This document shows positions 31,659-46,380 of a stretch of 64,000 nucleotides of DNA, one piece after another. Numbering within the stretch: position 1 is the stretch's first letter; every line of letters starts with the position of its first letter. The notes under the pieces are model-generated. The model searched no databases and had not been told where the DNA came from. It was given only the letters and a program-made list of their open reading frames with translations. The stretch lies in NCBI RefSeq assembly GCF_009914755.1, contig NC_060930.1. The stretch is one strand, 5' to 3'. A program made the position numbers and the translations under genes. The DNA comes from the human T2T-CHM13v2.0 reference genome, Homo sapiens.

Positions 31659-32325
31659 GTGTAAGAACAAATATAAATTAAAAATAAGAGGCCTAATTAT
31701 CTCTGTTGAAAATATGGAAGACATTTTCCTCCTTTTTTTTTTTTAGAGCATCTATCTTAGCAAACTTAACGTTGTAAATACTTTCTTATCTCTTTAAAAT
31801 GTATATAAGCCTTTTCTAAAACTAAATAGGTGCTTTGTCAGTTTTAGGACCCAAGCTTGTCCTTCTCAAGTACTTGGGAGCCATCTCTTTTAAATGCAAA
31901 CATCAAGGGTGATAACACCACTATCTCCCAGTTTCTATAGGGAGGTAGGAGCCTAACATGCAAAACTGCCTTGTGTAATAAAGAGATGAGAATAAAGTAA
32001 ATTCGCTAATACAGAGGGACATCTCAATCACCAGGCAAATTTAGGATGATTTATGTGTGACAAATGGTGCTGTCAAGTCCTCTTATTTGAGGGCTGGTTA
32101 CTGTTTATCTTAAAAACATGTATGTAATGAATTATATCTGCTTGCCTGTATAAAAAGGTGAATTTTTTTTTTTTGGTCTTTGCAACTGCTTATCAGATTG
32201 CCTGTCATGCACATCATGTTCTGGTTTAATACTTACTTATTAAGAATTTTTTTTTTCCCTCTTCTACCTTCACGGAAAGGTTTCTGGGTTGGGAGATTTT
32301 TGCTTTTAGTTATGTTTTTCTAATG
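31659..32325 (+). mobile_element. ERV1 solo LTR (MER39/MER34-like)
   Basis: aaattaaaaataagaggcc...ttgggagccatctctttt...gacaaatggtgctgtcaagtcctc...ctgggttgggagattt. Confidence 0.75.
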
Positions 32326-33024
32326 AATGATATAGGCAAAAGGTCAGAGTTGAAGAAAAGAGTTATCTTCACAGAGACAATTAAAAATGATGAGAGTAAG
32401 AAGAGTTAACTAAGAAAAGTTAAAATAAGAACAGCTAGGACCACATTTTACATACAGTAGGGCTACAGGGTTAAAAGAAGTGAAGGGAGTAGGAATGGAA
32501 ACCTTCAGTGAGATAGTAGTAGAACTTTTCTGTACAGTGCAGTTATGAAGAGGAGAAACATTTTATGGAATAAATATTTAACTGTTCATTCTCCCAAGAC
32601 ATCAATGGTAATCATACATTGAGAGTCTGCTTGTTTTGATCTCAGTGATATTCCCCTTCCTGTACTCTCCTTTCTCCACTTCCTTCACTAAGATAAGCAC
32701 TCCTCATTTTCTAAGGCTAAGTGTAGACGTCTTATCTTCTAGGAGGTCTGCCCTAACACCTCCCTCTTAACTAGGCTGGATGGAGCATGAGTCTTGAGTG
32801 CCCCATAAAACCCTATGAAGCTTTCATTTACAATATTTTATGTGATTTTTACGATTACCTTTTTTTGTGTAAATGCATCTGTCAATACTGTCAACTCCTT
32901 TAAAAAAGAAAGTAATGATGGCTTATCTATGTATGCACTATCGGTATTCAACACAGGGCCTATTGCATTAAAATGTTTGTATAATTAACCAATTAACTAC
33001 GGAAGTATCAAGAGGTCCTAATGA

Positions 33025-33703
<679 letters not shown>

Positions 33704-34627
33704 GTCTGAATAAAAGAATGTCCCAAAATACATTCAAATATGAAATCATTAAAATCAATATGCTTAAGTCTCCTCCACCCCAAAATCTAACAATGTTTTC
33801 TGATATGTCTAATTCTACAGATAGTGGCTCCTGTGTCAAAACTCAGGTTTTCATTGGGTATTTAGAATGAAATGTCTGGAATAACAATTTGCTTCCTGAG
33901 GAAATTTTATAGAAGCCATTTGCTAGAATAAATAGGCTTAATCTTTCCCCTTCAATAGCCTACAAGAGTTCCCAGCATACTCAGTGTATGGGTTGTTCTA
34001 ATAACCTCTTCCCATCATCCCATTGCCTTCCAAATGTGCTAAGGATATATAAAGCAGAATCAAGTTCATTCGTGTACATTAATTTGAATGTTTCTATGTA
34101 CCATGTGCTGCTAGAAAGCAGAGAATACCAAATGAAAAAAAACAAGATCTCTACTCTCATGTAGCTGACAGTTTAAAGGACAGAATATAAAAAAGAACCA
34201 TGTACACAAATGAATAAATAAGATCATTTTACATTTCTTTGAGAATTGTTTTTAGCCACAAATAACAGAATACCAAAACAACAGTGACTTAAACCATAAG
34301 GATGGTTTCAGAATAAAGAATCTAGAGAAATGCAGCTTCAGGTATCTTCAGGCAATCAAACAATGATCTCAGAGCTCAGCTTTGTTGCTGTTTTGTCTCT
34401 TTCCACATCTGTCCTTGGTATAATACCTTTTAGTTTTTATGCTTTTTATTTTCAGGTGTTAAGATGAATGCTACACCTCTAGACATCTCATCTGAGATCG
34501 AGGGAGCTCTTTGCTTGTAAGTTTACTTTTAGCAGAAAGTTAAACGAGCCCTCAGCACCCTCCTACTTACTGGACAGAATTGGGTCACAGGGACATGTTT
34601 AGCCGAAAGGGAGTCTGGAAAAGGTAG

Positions 34628-35104
34628 TAGTCAACCCTCAGTATCCACGGGGAATTGGTTCTAAGACCCTGGAGGATACCAAAACCCACCAATGCTTAAG
34701 TTCCTTATATAAAATGGTGTAGTTCCTTAATATATTTTATATATTATATAATTATATAATATTTTAATATTTATATTATATTATATTTAAATATAATTAT
34801 GTAATTTTATATATTATATAATATATAAGTATTAAATAATATTTAATATAAATACATAAGTTCCTTATATATAAATGGTGTATTTGCATATAACCTATAC
34901 ACATCTTGTTGTATACTTTAAATAATATATAGAGTATTTGTAATATCTAATACAATGTAAATGCTATTTTTAAAATTTCAACAGGAGTTTGGTTGTATAT
35001 GTACTTTTATTATTTTTTGTTGTATTGTTATTATTTTTTATTATTTGCAATTTACGTTTAGTTGAATCTGGAAGTGTGGAACCACAGATACTGAAGGCTA
35101 ATTG
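34628..35104 (+). mobile_element. MER2-like (Tigger) DNA transposon with internal AT-rich expansion
   Basis: agtcaaccctcagtatccacggggaattggtt...tatttgcatataacctatac...gaaccacagatactgaaggc. Confidence 0.8.
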
Positions 35105-35269
35105 TATCTATTATCCAGGCGCTGTGGTGAGGCAATAAGAGAGAAGGGGATTAAATACAAGCTACAGTGTTGTTTTTCTTTCTCTTTTGATAACATTTCA
35201 GATAGGTCTTATGAAGAAAATACAACAAAGTAATGGGATAGAGAACAACTGGTATGTAGGGCATATTTA

Positions 35270-35638
<369 letters not shown>

Positions 35639-35820
35639 GAATTGAATGACAAGAAGATCACCATGTAAACATTTCGGAAAGGAGCTCCTGTCTTACTCAT
35701 GTGGATATCGTCAGGTCATGAGCAAATTCAACACTTCTTGTTCACAAAGAGAATTCTATATTATTTTATATTTATCCTTTATATCAGCCATGGCTTTGCA
35801 GAGAAGCTGAATTTGGCCTC

Positions 35821-36225
35821 TGTATCAGTCATTATTTTCCCTATCTCTATGTGTATGTATGTCCATATATAGATAGATAGAGAGGGAGAGAGACATACAT
35901 ACAGAGACAGCTATTTCAAGGAATTGGCTTACACAATGATGGTGGCTGGCAAGTATGAAATACATAGGGCAAGCCAGGTGGCTGGAAGCTCTCAGGCAGG
36001 AGTTGATGTAGTAGTCTTGAGGCCGAATTTCTCCTGTAAAAAACCTCAGTTTTTGCTTTTAAAACCTTTCAGATGATTGAATGTAGCCCACCCACATTGT
36101 TGATGTTAACCAAATCTGCAAAATACCTTCATAGCAACACCTGGATTTGTGTTTGACTGATATTAAATATTAAATATTTAGGTACTATCACCTAGCCAAG
36201 TTGACACACAAAGCTAACTGTCGTA
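35821..36225 (-). mobile_element. ERVL solo LTR (MLT2-like)
   Basis: aaggaattggcttacac...aaataccttcatagcaacacc...cctagccaagttgacaca; exact 5-bp TSD gcctc. Confidence 0.88.
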
Positions 36226-36484
36226 GCCTCCATAGCTAAACTCCTAGAGAGCCTTGTTAAGTACAACTAACAGCGTTATGTCTGCTACATGCACAACTTA
36301 CAATGATTTGAAGATATTATATTTGGTTCTGTTTTATATTATCGTAAGTACATAATAATCTCAATTTTTCCCAATCAAAAAATACCTTAAATGTCACAAT
36401 TTTAGAAGGCAAAACCCTAGTTAAATAAAATTGAAAATGTTAATTTAGACTATTTAAATGGCTTATCTGAATGCCTTACACTGG

Positions 36485-36701
36485 GGTTGGGCACAGTGGC
36501 TCACGTCTCTAATCCCAGCACTTTGGGAGGCCGAGGTGGGTGGATCACCTAAAGTCAGCAGTTTGAGACCAGCTGGCCAAAATGGCAAAACCCTACCGCT
36601 ACTAAAAACACAAAAATTGGCTGGGCCTGGTGGCAGGCACCTGTAATCACAGCTACTTGGGAGGCAGAGGTTGCAGTGAGCTGAGATCACACCATTGCAC
36701 T
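36485..36701 (+). mobile_element. AluS, 3'-truncated, with internal deletion
   Basis: Right arm jumps from agctacttgggaggc to agaggttgcag; ends at accattgcact with no A tail. Confidence 0.88.
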
Positions 36702-36756
36702 GAGTATGTGTTCACACCATCCAAAAAAGTGAATTTCTTATTTATTTAATACAATA

Positions 36757-37168
36757 GTCTAATGCAAAAGAAAAATCTGAGGCACAATAAAATTTTATAG
36801 TTTGAGCAAATAGCACTCATGAATTGGGAATCACCAAACTGAAAGAGGTTTCCTGCTCTGATGATGAAGCATTAGAAACAAATATTTATAGGGTGAGTAT
36901 GAAAGTGAAATAAAGAAATTATTTGATTGGTTGCAGTTATAAAAATGCCCCTAGTCATATAACCATATGTTAGTTGAGTACTTATGACTGGCTAATGTTA
37001 AGTTTTGTTTGTTTGTTTGTTTGTCTAACACAAGTGTTTACCAGAAATGACTCAAGTTTTGCTTATGTTTGCATTTAAGCAAGATTAAGGCAATTGCTTA
37101 ATGCCTAGTTAGTTTTGTTTGCTCAGGAATTTTTCAGGCCTGGTCTTTATTTTAATTTTACTTCAACG
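36757..37168 (-). mobile_element. ERV1 solo LTR, MER4 group (MER65/MER67/LTR37-like)
   Basis: Antisense start gctcaggaatttttcaggcctggtct..ttttaattttacttcaac; tcatgaattggga; atttgattggttgcag. Confidence 0.65.
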
Positions 37169-38409
37169 CTAGAAACCTATATGAATAGTTTTCACGTAAC
37201 AAATTCTATATTGCTATGGTAGTATATATGGTTGAAAAATGATTTCTTAACACGCTCCTCACAAAACTTTTTGACACTATACTAGTTCTTTTATTTCTTT
37301 AAAAACAAGAACATTTCAAGCTTTACCAATATTTTTAAATGAATAATTCAACGATCATTTATTTCAACAATATTCCAGCTAATATTTAAAAAAAAAGCAA
37401 AGGCTATTCCTAAATAAGACATTAAATTGACATAATTCTAAACAGAGAGTTGGAAATATAAAAAGAGCACCTGACACTTCACTTTCAAACCATATTGATA
37501 CTAAAACAGTGAAACATGAGTAAAAATACTAGAAGTCATTAAGCAAAAATACTAGAAGTCATTACGTGACATTTGACGTCATCATCATGACAATGCTGGA
37601 AAGGAACATATTTGGTAGGCTGAATATAAAAATATAAGTTAAATGGAAAATATAATTGAAAAGACTGTCAGCTTTGCAAATTTCTGGTCAAAAAGTATTT
37701 TCTTCTTTTCCCTACTTCCTCTTCCTCTTTCTAGAAACCCTCATTCGTTTCTAGTTCCCTCCATAAAGAGTCTCCAAACATCTAAGTGTAACAAAAACAT
37801 TCAGTAACACATATTCCCATCAAACAGAAAGGCACAAAGAAGCAGTAGATAGTATAGTTCTTGTATCATAGAAAGTAGGTGCCTGATTTATTGTACAATT
37901 GCTGTAGGCTCCAAATAGTAAGTGGATCAAAAAGACAAAAGCAGCTGTGATGAGAAAAGGGAAGTCAAACACAAAATGAACATTAAAAAAGACATAAACC
38001 TGAGCTTGCTGAAATATTACACTAACACTAAATTGAGAGTTAAGAAGGGCCAGTAGTAAAGTATTAAATGATTTATGCTTTGCTTCAGTTTCAAGTTAAA
38101 ATATTATCTACATCAGAATAATCAAGATAGTAATAATTAAGATCAATAACTATAATTAGAATTTAGATATTTGTCATTGAATATTCAATTTTACTTTAAA
38201 AATTATATATATAATATATAAATTACAGATATACTTTTTATTGTACTAGGCACTGATAAGTCACAAATCTACTGATTTGTTTGCAATCAAAGAGATTATA
38301 ATCTGATTGGGAGGTTGAGAGTAAGGGCCATGATGATAGACAAAGAACAAAAACTACAGCAATATAATACATGCTCTAAAAGAAATATACCCAAAGTGCT
38401 AAGAGATTT

Positions 38410-38586
38410 CCAACATGGTGAAACCCCATCTCTACTAAAAATACAAAAATTAGCCAGGCATGGTGGGGGGTGCCTGTAATACCAGCTATTCAGGAGGCTG
38501 AGGCAGGAGAATCGCTTGCACCCAGGAGACAGAGGTTTCTGTGAGCGAAGATCACACCACTCCATTCCAGCTTGGGTGACAGAGTG
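38410..38586 (+). mobile_element. AluS truncated at both ends (no A tail)
   Basis: ccaacatggtgaaacccc...ttgggtgacagagtg; flanked by agtgctaag at 38395-38403 and 38583-38591. Confidence 0.9.
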
Positions 38587-41424
38587 CTAAGTTTTTTCAC
38601 ATAAGGGATCAAGTAATGTTTTACACAGCCAGTATCATTTCTATTGCATTCTTAAGGATGGTGAAGTTATTAAATATACTCTAGGTTGATTAACTCCATA
38701 TACATTTCCACATCATTTTTGCAATGTCACTTTCCCAAACTCCCTTGCATCTAGATGTGGCCAGCAACACAATTATGGTCAATGAAACATAAATAGAACT
38801 CTAATGGGGATTTTTGAGAAAGTCTGCTGTCATATTTAAGGCTCTATCCTCTTTTCCACTTTGGCTTATTTATACATCTTTTTGCCTGGACTGTGGAAGG
38901 GGTGGCCAACATGCACCAGTCATCTTGGCTAAAGGAGAGAAATTCACTTTGACACCTCAGATCTCTAAGGAACACCAGCAACTACCTATCTGATTTAGTC
39001 TTGTTGCATGAGAAGAAGTAAACCCCTACTTAGCCAAGCTCCTGAACTTTGTTAGGTCTTTTTCCTTGCAGATGAACATTGCTAACTACTGCATAGGAGT
39101 ACATGAGCTCACTTATCAAGGATATGTTGTGAATGTAAAAATAAAATCAGCCATAGGGAATCCACAAATTAAAGTCCATAAGGCCAGAGCTGGTAGTAGA
39201 ATCTGAGAAGTCCACAGGTAGATTGAAAGGGGAAATATTTGAGAGCAGTTTTTTGGACAACAAAAAAGAAATGGCTTTTCAAGAAATAAATGTTCTCATC
39301 TGTCAATTGCTCTGAAATGTGGGTAAAAGTAGACTCTATTGAATTTGACCATTAGAGGGCATTGGCGTTTTGGAGAGAGCAGATTTTTCGTGAAGTGTTG
39401 ACAATGCAAGCCAAATTGCAGTGGGAAGGGAGCAAGCAGATGTTGAAAACAATGAAAACAGAATGATGAGGGTACACTTTTAAAACGGCAGAAAGAGACA
39501 GGATAGTGGTTTAGAGAGAGAAGCAATGTTGAGGGAAAATTTTTTTTCACTTTAGGATAGAGCAAACTTTAGAAGAAAGCTTCAATGGAGAAATAATAAA
39601 ATTTTAGGGACACGAGGTCATGGAGGGAGTGGAAGACAAATAATGGCCAAAGGTTCTATGGGACAACCAGAGGAATATTCCCATAAAAGAGGGATATCCA
39701 TGTCCTTTGGAGAGAAAAGAATGACTATGGATATAGGTGTGTGGAGATAGGAAAAAGGGACACAGACAGAAACTACTACTAATAGTCTTTGTGAGTTTTT
39801 TTTTTTTTATTGTTGTTAAAATGTTCAGTCAGCTTCTCTGGTAAGTGGGTGGATGTAAGGTATAAGATTTTAGGAATAGATAAGGGTTTAGAGCAACCAA
39901 ATGAAGAATAAAATTGGACAAGGAGTCCTGGAGGACCCAGGAAAGTCTTGCAAAGGTGAGCTGAGCAGCCAGCTAAGACTGTGACCTATTGGTTCTTCAA
40001 TTATCCCTAGCTTCCAGAGACTGACAGTTCCTCTTTCTACACAGGTGTGGGCATGGGGCAGATTATTACATGTGGCTTCTCCTTGTTTGCACCCAACTGA
40101 AATTTTTATAAAATGAAACAGTTACAATAAATATCAAGGGAAATTTGGAAGAAGAAGTTAGAAAAGAAAACAGAGAGCCTGAGCGGGTTGGAGTGTGGCA
40201 GGTAGAGGAAGTCGTTCCTGTCTGTTTTGCCTTATCGAGGGAGTGATTGTGGATGGATGATACAGACTTCCCACCGTTTTGGGCTCTAGATCTTGCTGTT
40301 CTTATGTCTCCCTACCGCTTCTTCAGAGTCACACAATCCAGTGCTTAACTTTACAGTATCTCTAGAAACATAATACCATGATTGTAACCTCAGATTTTCT
40401 CTCTTAGGCATTTGTAGATGTTGCCAAAGTTGTATAGATTCTAAATAAATAGCACTTTCATCCACATCTGCTTATATGACACACATATCTATATGCGCAT
40501 TGTATTTTTTTTCTAATTTATGATTTCATCATATTGTAGAGAAAAAATGATTCTAAAGTGAGATTGGCACTGAGATTTTAATTTTCAAGGGAATCTTTGA
40601 AATATTATCAAAGTGAAAAATAAAAATAAATATTTCAGCCTCAGAAAGATATTCAGAAAGTATTCAGAGTCCATGATAAGTAAGGAAATTCTTTCTTTTA
40701 GTCAAATATGTTCTTAAAATGCTATGCCATCACAGCTTTTGAATCTCCCTCTAGGATTCCCCGAGGCAGATGATTATTCTGCTGAGACAGAGTATCAGCA
40801 TTTTGCTGTGGGTTTCCCCTCAGTGAATAGCAGGGGACTTTTTTCAAAGACAAAAAGACCTCTGAACTGTCTCCCCAAAGCTGTGATTCTATCAGACGTG
40901 GGCAGGGTAGGAATTTCCTTTGCTCAACTCAGAATGAGTGAGACAGCTGTCAAACCTGCTATACCTGCCTACATTCTCATGCTTAGGGCGTCCTTACTTC
41001 ATCATTCCACCCTCTTAAAAAAAAATCTTCCAAAAAAGCAAGCAAGCATGTGACTAAAGCCACATTCAGCAGCACTAGAGGTTTTGCTATCAGCCCAGGA
41101 AAAAATTATTATAAATTCTCAAAGTATCAACCTCAAATAAAGTCTTGAGTTGCCATTATGTGAAAGGTTCTACGTTTCCTTAGAGGAGTGACTTTGGAAT
41201 GATTGAAGAATGTTAAAAGAAGGTTAATTCAGGCACATAATAAAAAACATGCTTTCTTTCTTCTAATGAGAACTTTTTAGCTGTGGAAGGGCATGTGTCT
41301 ACGTGCCTTTAAAAGCAGAAGCTGATTAAACTCCTGTGAAAGAATCCTATAGTAGTAGAAGTTTGAACTAACACAATTCTAAATTTCTGTTCAATTTGGA
41401 GTCAATAAGTAAATATATTGTCCA

Positions 41425-41620
41425 ACATTTCTCAAGTTTTATTTCTGTGAGAAGTTAATAGGTGTGATTATAGAAAAACAGTTCTCTGGTCAATTTATGT
41501 TAGGAAAACACAGCAAACTATATTTACTTTTTTAGGTATATTGTTTACATTAATATATTAGATCTTTGAGTAGGTTCATATTTTAACCAAACGCTTTACA
41601 AGTGTTTCTAACTACAGAAC
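41425..41620. mobile_element. hAT-Charlie MER fossil (same family as 2530-2722)
   Basis: gttaataggtgtg...gttctctggtcaatttatgttaggaaaac...acattaatatatta. Confidence 0.45.
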
Positions 41621-42211
41621 TGGCTTTGTTTTGTTTTGTTTTCCAGGTTTTTAGAAGAAAGTTTTGTTTTGTTTCACTTTGAATTCTGGCTAATTTGACA
41701 CCAGGCACATAATGCATAACATAAAGGCTTTAACATGATATATTGCCTTAATAATATATATATTTTAAGCCATATGCCAAATTTTGTATCCAGTATTCAG
41801 AAAACAAAAGATCTGCTCTTGAAGTATGTTTTTAAAAAGAATATCAAGTTATTATGACTTATGTGAGAATTAGATCTCACATAATATTTATCTTCTAAGC
41901 TATGATACATAATTCAAAATTCTTTACCGTAAAGCCTGTAACTACTTGAGGGCTGATGTGTGGCTTAACTAAATAATTTGCTCAGAGGAAGGGTGATGCT
42001 GTTGCCTGCCCAGAATCATTGCACCTGAGAGAAGGGAGGGGTCATTATCTCAGAGTAACCACACACCCTAATATTGTCAATGCTACACATGAGTGCTGGT
42101 GAAAATCATTTCCGTCATAAGGCAGAAATAATGATTAACTTCATTTTAAAAATCCTATGCTGATGTAGCTTTCATGAGTCAGCTACTTCCTTAAAAATAA
42201 CTCTCTAAAAG

Positions 42212-42680
<469 letters not shown>

Positions 42681-43786
42681 TAAGCATTTTAATAGGAGAA
42701 AAGAAGTGTTACTTTCCTTTTAGTGATCCTAAGAATCATGGTTTCTGCTTTTGAAGCTGAAAGATGAGCATGCATGCTCTATGGATTAAATATGAGAAAG
42801 TATACTATATTTAAAAAACACCTAAAAAATTACCTGAATGAAGTGTAATTTTTAAATCTTATAGATGGGGAAAGGTAGGTAATTTTGTCCTTGACACCAG
42901 AATATCTTTTAGGGAGAGTACTCTCTTTATTTAAAAGTATAACTTGTTAGGCTTTGTAGGAGAGACCCTAGGAGCAAAATCAAGGCAACAAAAATGAATT
43001 AAATGACTCTGCATGGCATTAGTTTTTGGTTCTTAAAGGAGGGGGAAAAAAAACAGAGAGATAAGAAACAGAGAAAGGAAGAAGGAATGAAACGATCCAG
43101 TGATACAGCTTGGGGCAGCAATTTTGAACAGCCATTTAGGTGTCTTTATTTTCACCAGAAAATATGCTGTGCTAAATTAATATAGGCTTGACTGCTGATC
43201 TTAATAATCTTTCTTATAATGAATTAGATTTTATAGTGATTTAGAGTAAGGCATTTTTTTTCATATTATTCACAAAGGACAGAAAAGAGCCAATCATATG
43301 TGACCAACCAACATGATTTCTTTCGCTTACATAGCATTTTAAAATAATTTGAATTGGTTTTCAAAAATGGAGAAATAATACTTTTACTATTAAGATCTTA
43401 ATTTCTTGCTTCCCTTGAAAAATCAGAAGGGCAGCAATATTGAGCCCATAATTCCAGGTGCCGACATAGGCTGAGACTGTATGAAGGATTCTGCCTTAGG
43501 ACTAGGCAGGCAAGTGCTTTCCAGCTCTCAACCATCTGCACCACTCCCTATAATCTGCACTGAGGCCCACTTCACTCATTGTCCTGCCTACCGAATGTCA
43601 ACTAGCAAACATAGCTGTATTGTAGTAACTCTTCCAGTGAAGCAAACAAATATTATATTAACAATTTGCACATGGTTCTGTACTTAGAAGGATATATTGC
43701 ATTATCTAGAAACCCTATCATAGAAAAAAAGAAATTGGTTTTAGATTTAGACAGATCTTGATATCGAAATCTTCCACTTACAGTAA

Positions 43787-44103
43787 TTTATTATTTTATT
43801 TTATTTTATTTTTATTTTTTGAGACAGGGTCTTATTCTGTCACGCAGGCTGGAGTGCAGTGGCGCAATCTTGACTCACTGCAGCCTCAACCTTCCCAGGC
43901 TCAGGAGATCCTCCCAGCTCAGCCTCCCAAATAGCTGAGACTACAGGCACACACCACCATGCCTGGCTAATTTTCGTATTTTTTGTACAGACTGGGTTTT
44001 GACGTTTTGCCCAGGCTGTGTTCAAACTCCTGAGCTCAAGCAATCTACCCACCTTGGCCTCCCAAAGTGCTAGAATTACAGGTGTGAGTCACCATGCCTG
44101 GTC
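43787..44103 (-). mobile_element. AluJ with (TTTTA)n tail
   Basis: gagacagggtc...cactgcagcctcaacc...ctgagctcaagcaatc. Confidence 0.92.
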
Positions 44104-44229
44104 CACAGATCCTTTTTCTACGCATTACACACACATACACACACACATGTGTGCATGCGTGTCTAAATTATGAATATACTGAATACACAGTTTTGCATTT
44201 TATTATTTTACTTATATAATTTGCATAAA

Positions 44230-44370
44230 CCCCCATTTTCTTATCTGTATGTAAAAGGGGATAATAAGCCCAACTTTGTAGTGCTTTTACAAGGATTAAA
44301 TAAGATTCTGTATGTGAAGTCATTGACACATAGTAAGTACTTGGCATGTAATCCCCTATCGTTAGTTTTC
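44230..44370 (+). mobile_element. MIR fragment
   Basis: ttttcttatctgt...ggattaaataaga...gacacatagtaagtac. Confidence 0.6.
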
Positions 44371-44861
44371 ATTACTGTCAGCTACAATGACATATGTGCT
44401 CTATTTTGGTCAATGGTTTTAAAAACAGACCAATATGGAGGAATATTTTCAATGTAACTGAATTATGATGTTTTCCTATATTTTAAAACTGACATTTAAA
44501 TTCCTCTGATAGGTGAAGTTTCAAATAACCTGAGTCATTATTACATTGCAATCTAATGCAAGTGACCCGAATTCATGACAAAATTATTTGTTTGAGTGCT
44601 GGTCCAGTTTAAAAATCTTCAGTCTCAACCACGTTGGTTGAGGAAAGAGAAAGAAGTCAGTGGGGAAAGAGGATGTTGCAAAGGATTAAATAAGTTAATG
44701 CTGACTAGTCATTCCTACTGACGCTAACCATCACATTTCTTTAGTTTAGCTTTATTCTGCTATTCTTCTGTGGCCAGAAAGGAACAGTTAGTTAACTGGC
44801 TTTCTTTTCTTAATCCCTTAAAGACTTTTGCTGGTTTATGCAATAAGAACATATTAGATAT

Positions 44862-45069
44862 GCACAATGTGGTGAGATCCCATCTCTCCAAAAATAAAAA
44901 TAAATAAGCCAGGGACAGTGGTGTGTACCTGTGGTCCCAGTTACTTGGGAGGCGGAGGTGGGAGGATTGTTTGAGCCTGGGAGGTTGAGCTGCAGTGAGC
45001 CGTGTTCACACCACTGCATTCCAGCCTGTGCGACACTTGAGACCCTGTCAGAAAAAAAAAAAAAAAAAA
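44862..45069 (+). mobile_element. 5'-truncated AluJ
   Basis: ggtgggaggattgtttgagcctgggaggttgag; TSD tagatat. Confidence 0.88.
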
Positions 45070-45283
45070 TAGATATAAAGGTAAAAGTGAAGGAAAACAT
45101 TCCCACATTCCTAATTGCTTTTCTTAAAGTGTGGTGGGATATTAGAAGAGATATTTAAAAAAAGAAGAGATATTCCAAATGGAAATTACATGAGTAAATA
45201 ATTATTCAGTGAACAGTTTTTGGTATGTTCTCTGTGTAAGACACTGCATAAGAGGCGCAGACAATTTAACATTCAATAAGACA

Positions 45284-45667
<384 letters not shown>

Positions 45668-45999
45668 TCACAAAATACCACAGAAGAGGTGGCATTCAAG
45701 TCAAGTTTATGTTTTGCTGATTGTAAAGGCAATGTGTGTTTATTAGATAAAATTTGGAGAATGCATAAAAATATTTTTAAAGTAATTTAAAATAATTGTT
45801 ATACTCAGAGACAACTATTGCTGACATTTTTCAGCTTTGTATTTTTCCTTTATAAATTTTTTTCAGAGTAATGAACCTATAGAACACACAGTTTTACATT
45901 TTTAAAATTTACTTAAAACTATACTCTGAGCATTTTTCATTACCATTAAGTTTCTATAACATGTTATTTTGAATCTCCAGTAAGACATATCCACATCCT

Positions 46000-46380
46000 T
46001 TACCTGCTTAACCTCAATCTTATCACAAGGGAACATCAGACAGACCTTAACTGAGAGATAGTATTATATCCTAATCGATTAGGATATAATACTAATAATA
46101 TATAGTATACACACACACACACACATTTGGCAAATATTCTTCAAAATGTCTAGTCAAAAACAAAGAAAGACTGGCATTAGCAGTACAATTGGTGAAATTT
46201 GAATATGGTCTGTAGATTGGTTAGTTTCCTGGTTTAGATAATAGTACCATAGTAATGTAAACTGTAAACATTAAAGGAAGCTGAGCTAAAGGTATATAGA
46301 AATGCCATGTGATGTTTTTACAACTTTTTTAAAAGTCTAAATTATTTCAAAACAAAAAGTAAAAATGAAAAAGACAGAAA
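46000..46380 (+). mobile_element. Old L1 (L1MC/ME) 3' fragment
   Basis: aacctcaatcttatcacaagggaacatcagacagacc...ggtgaaatttgaatatggtctgtagatt...aagtctaaattatttcaaaa. Confidence 0.6.
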
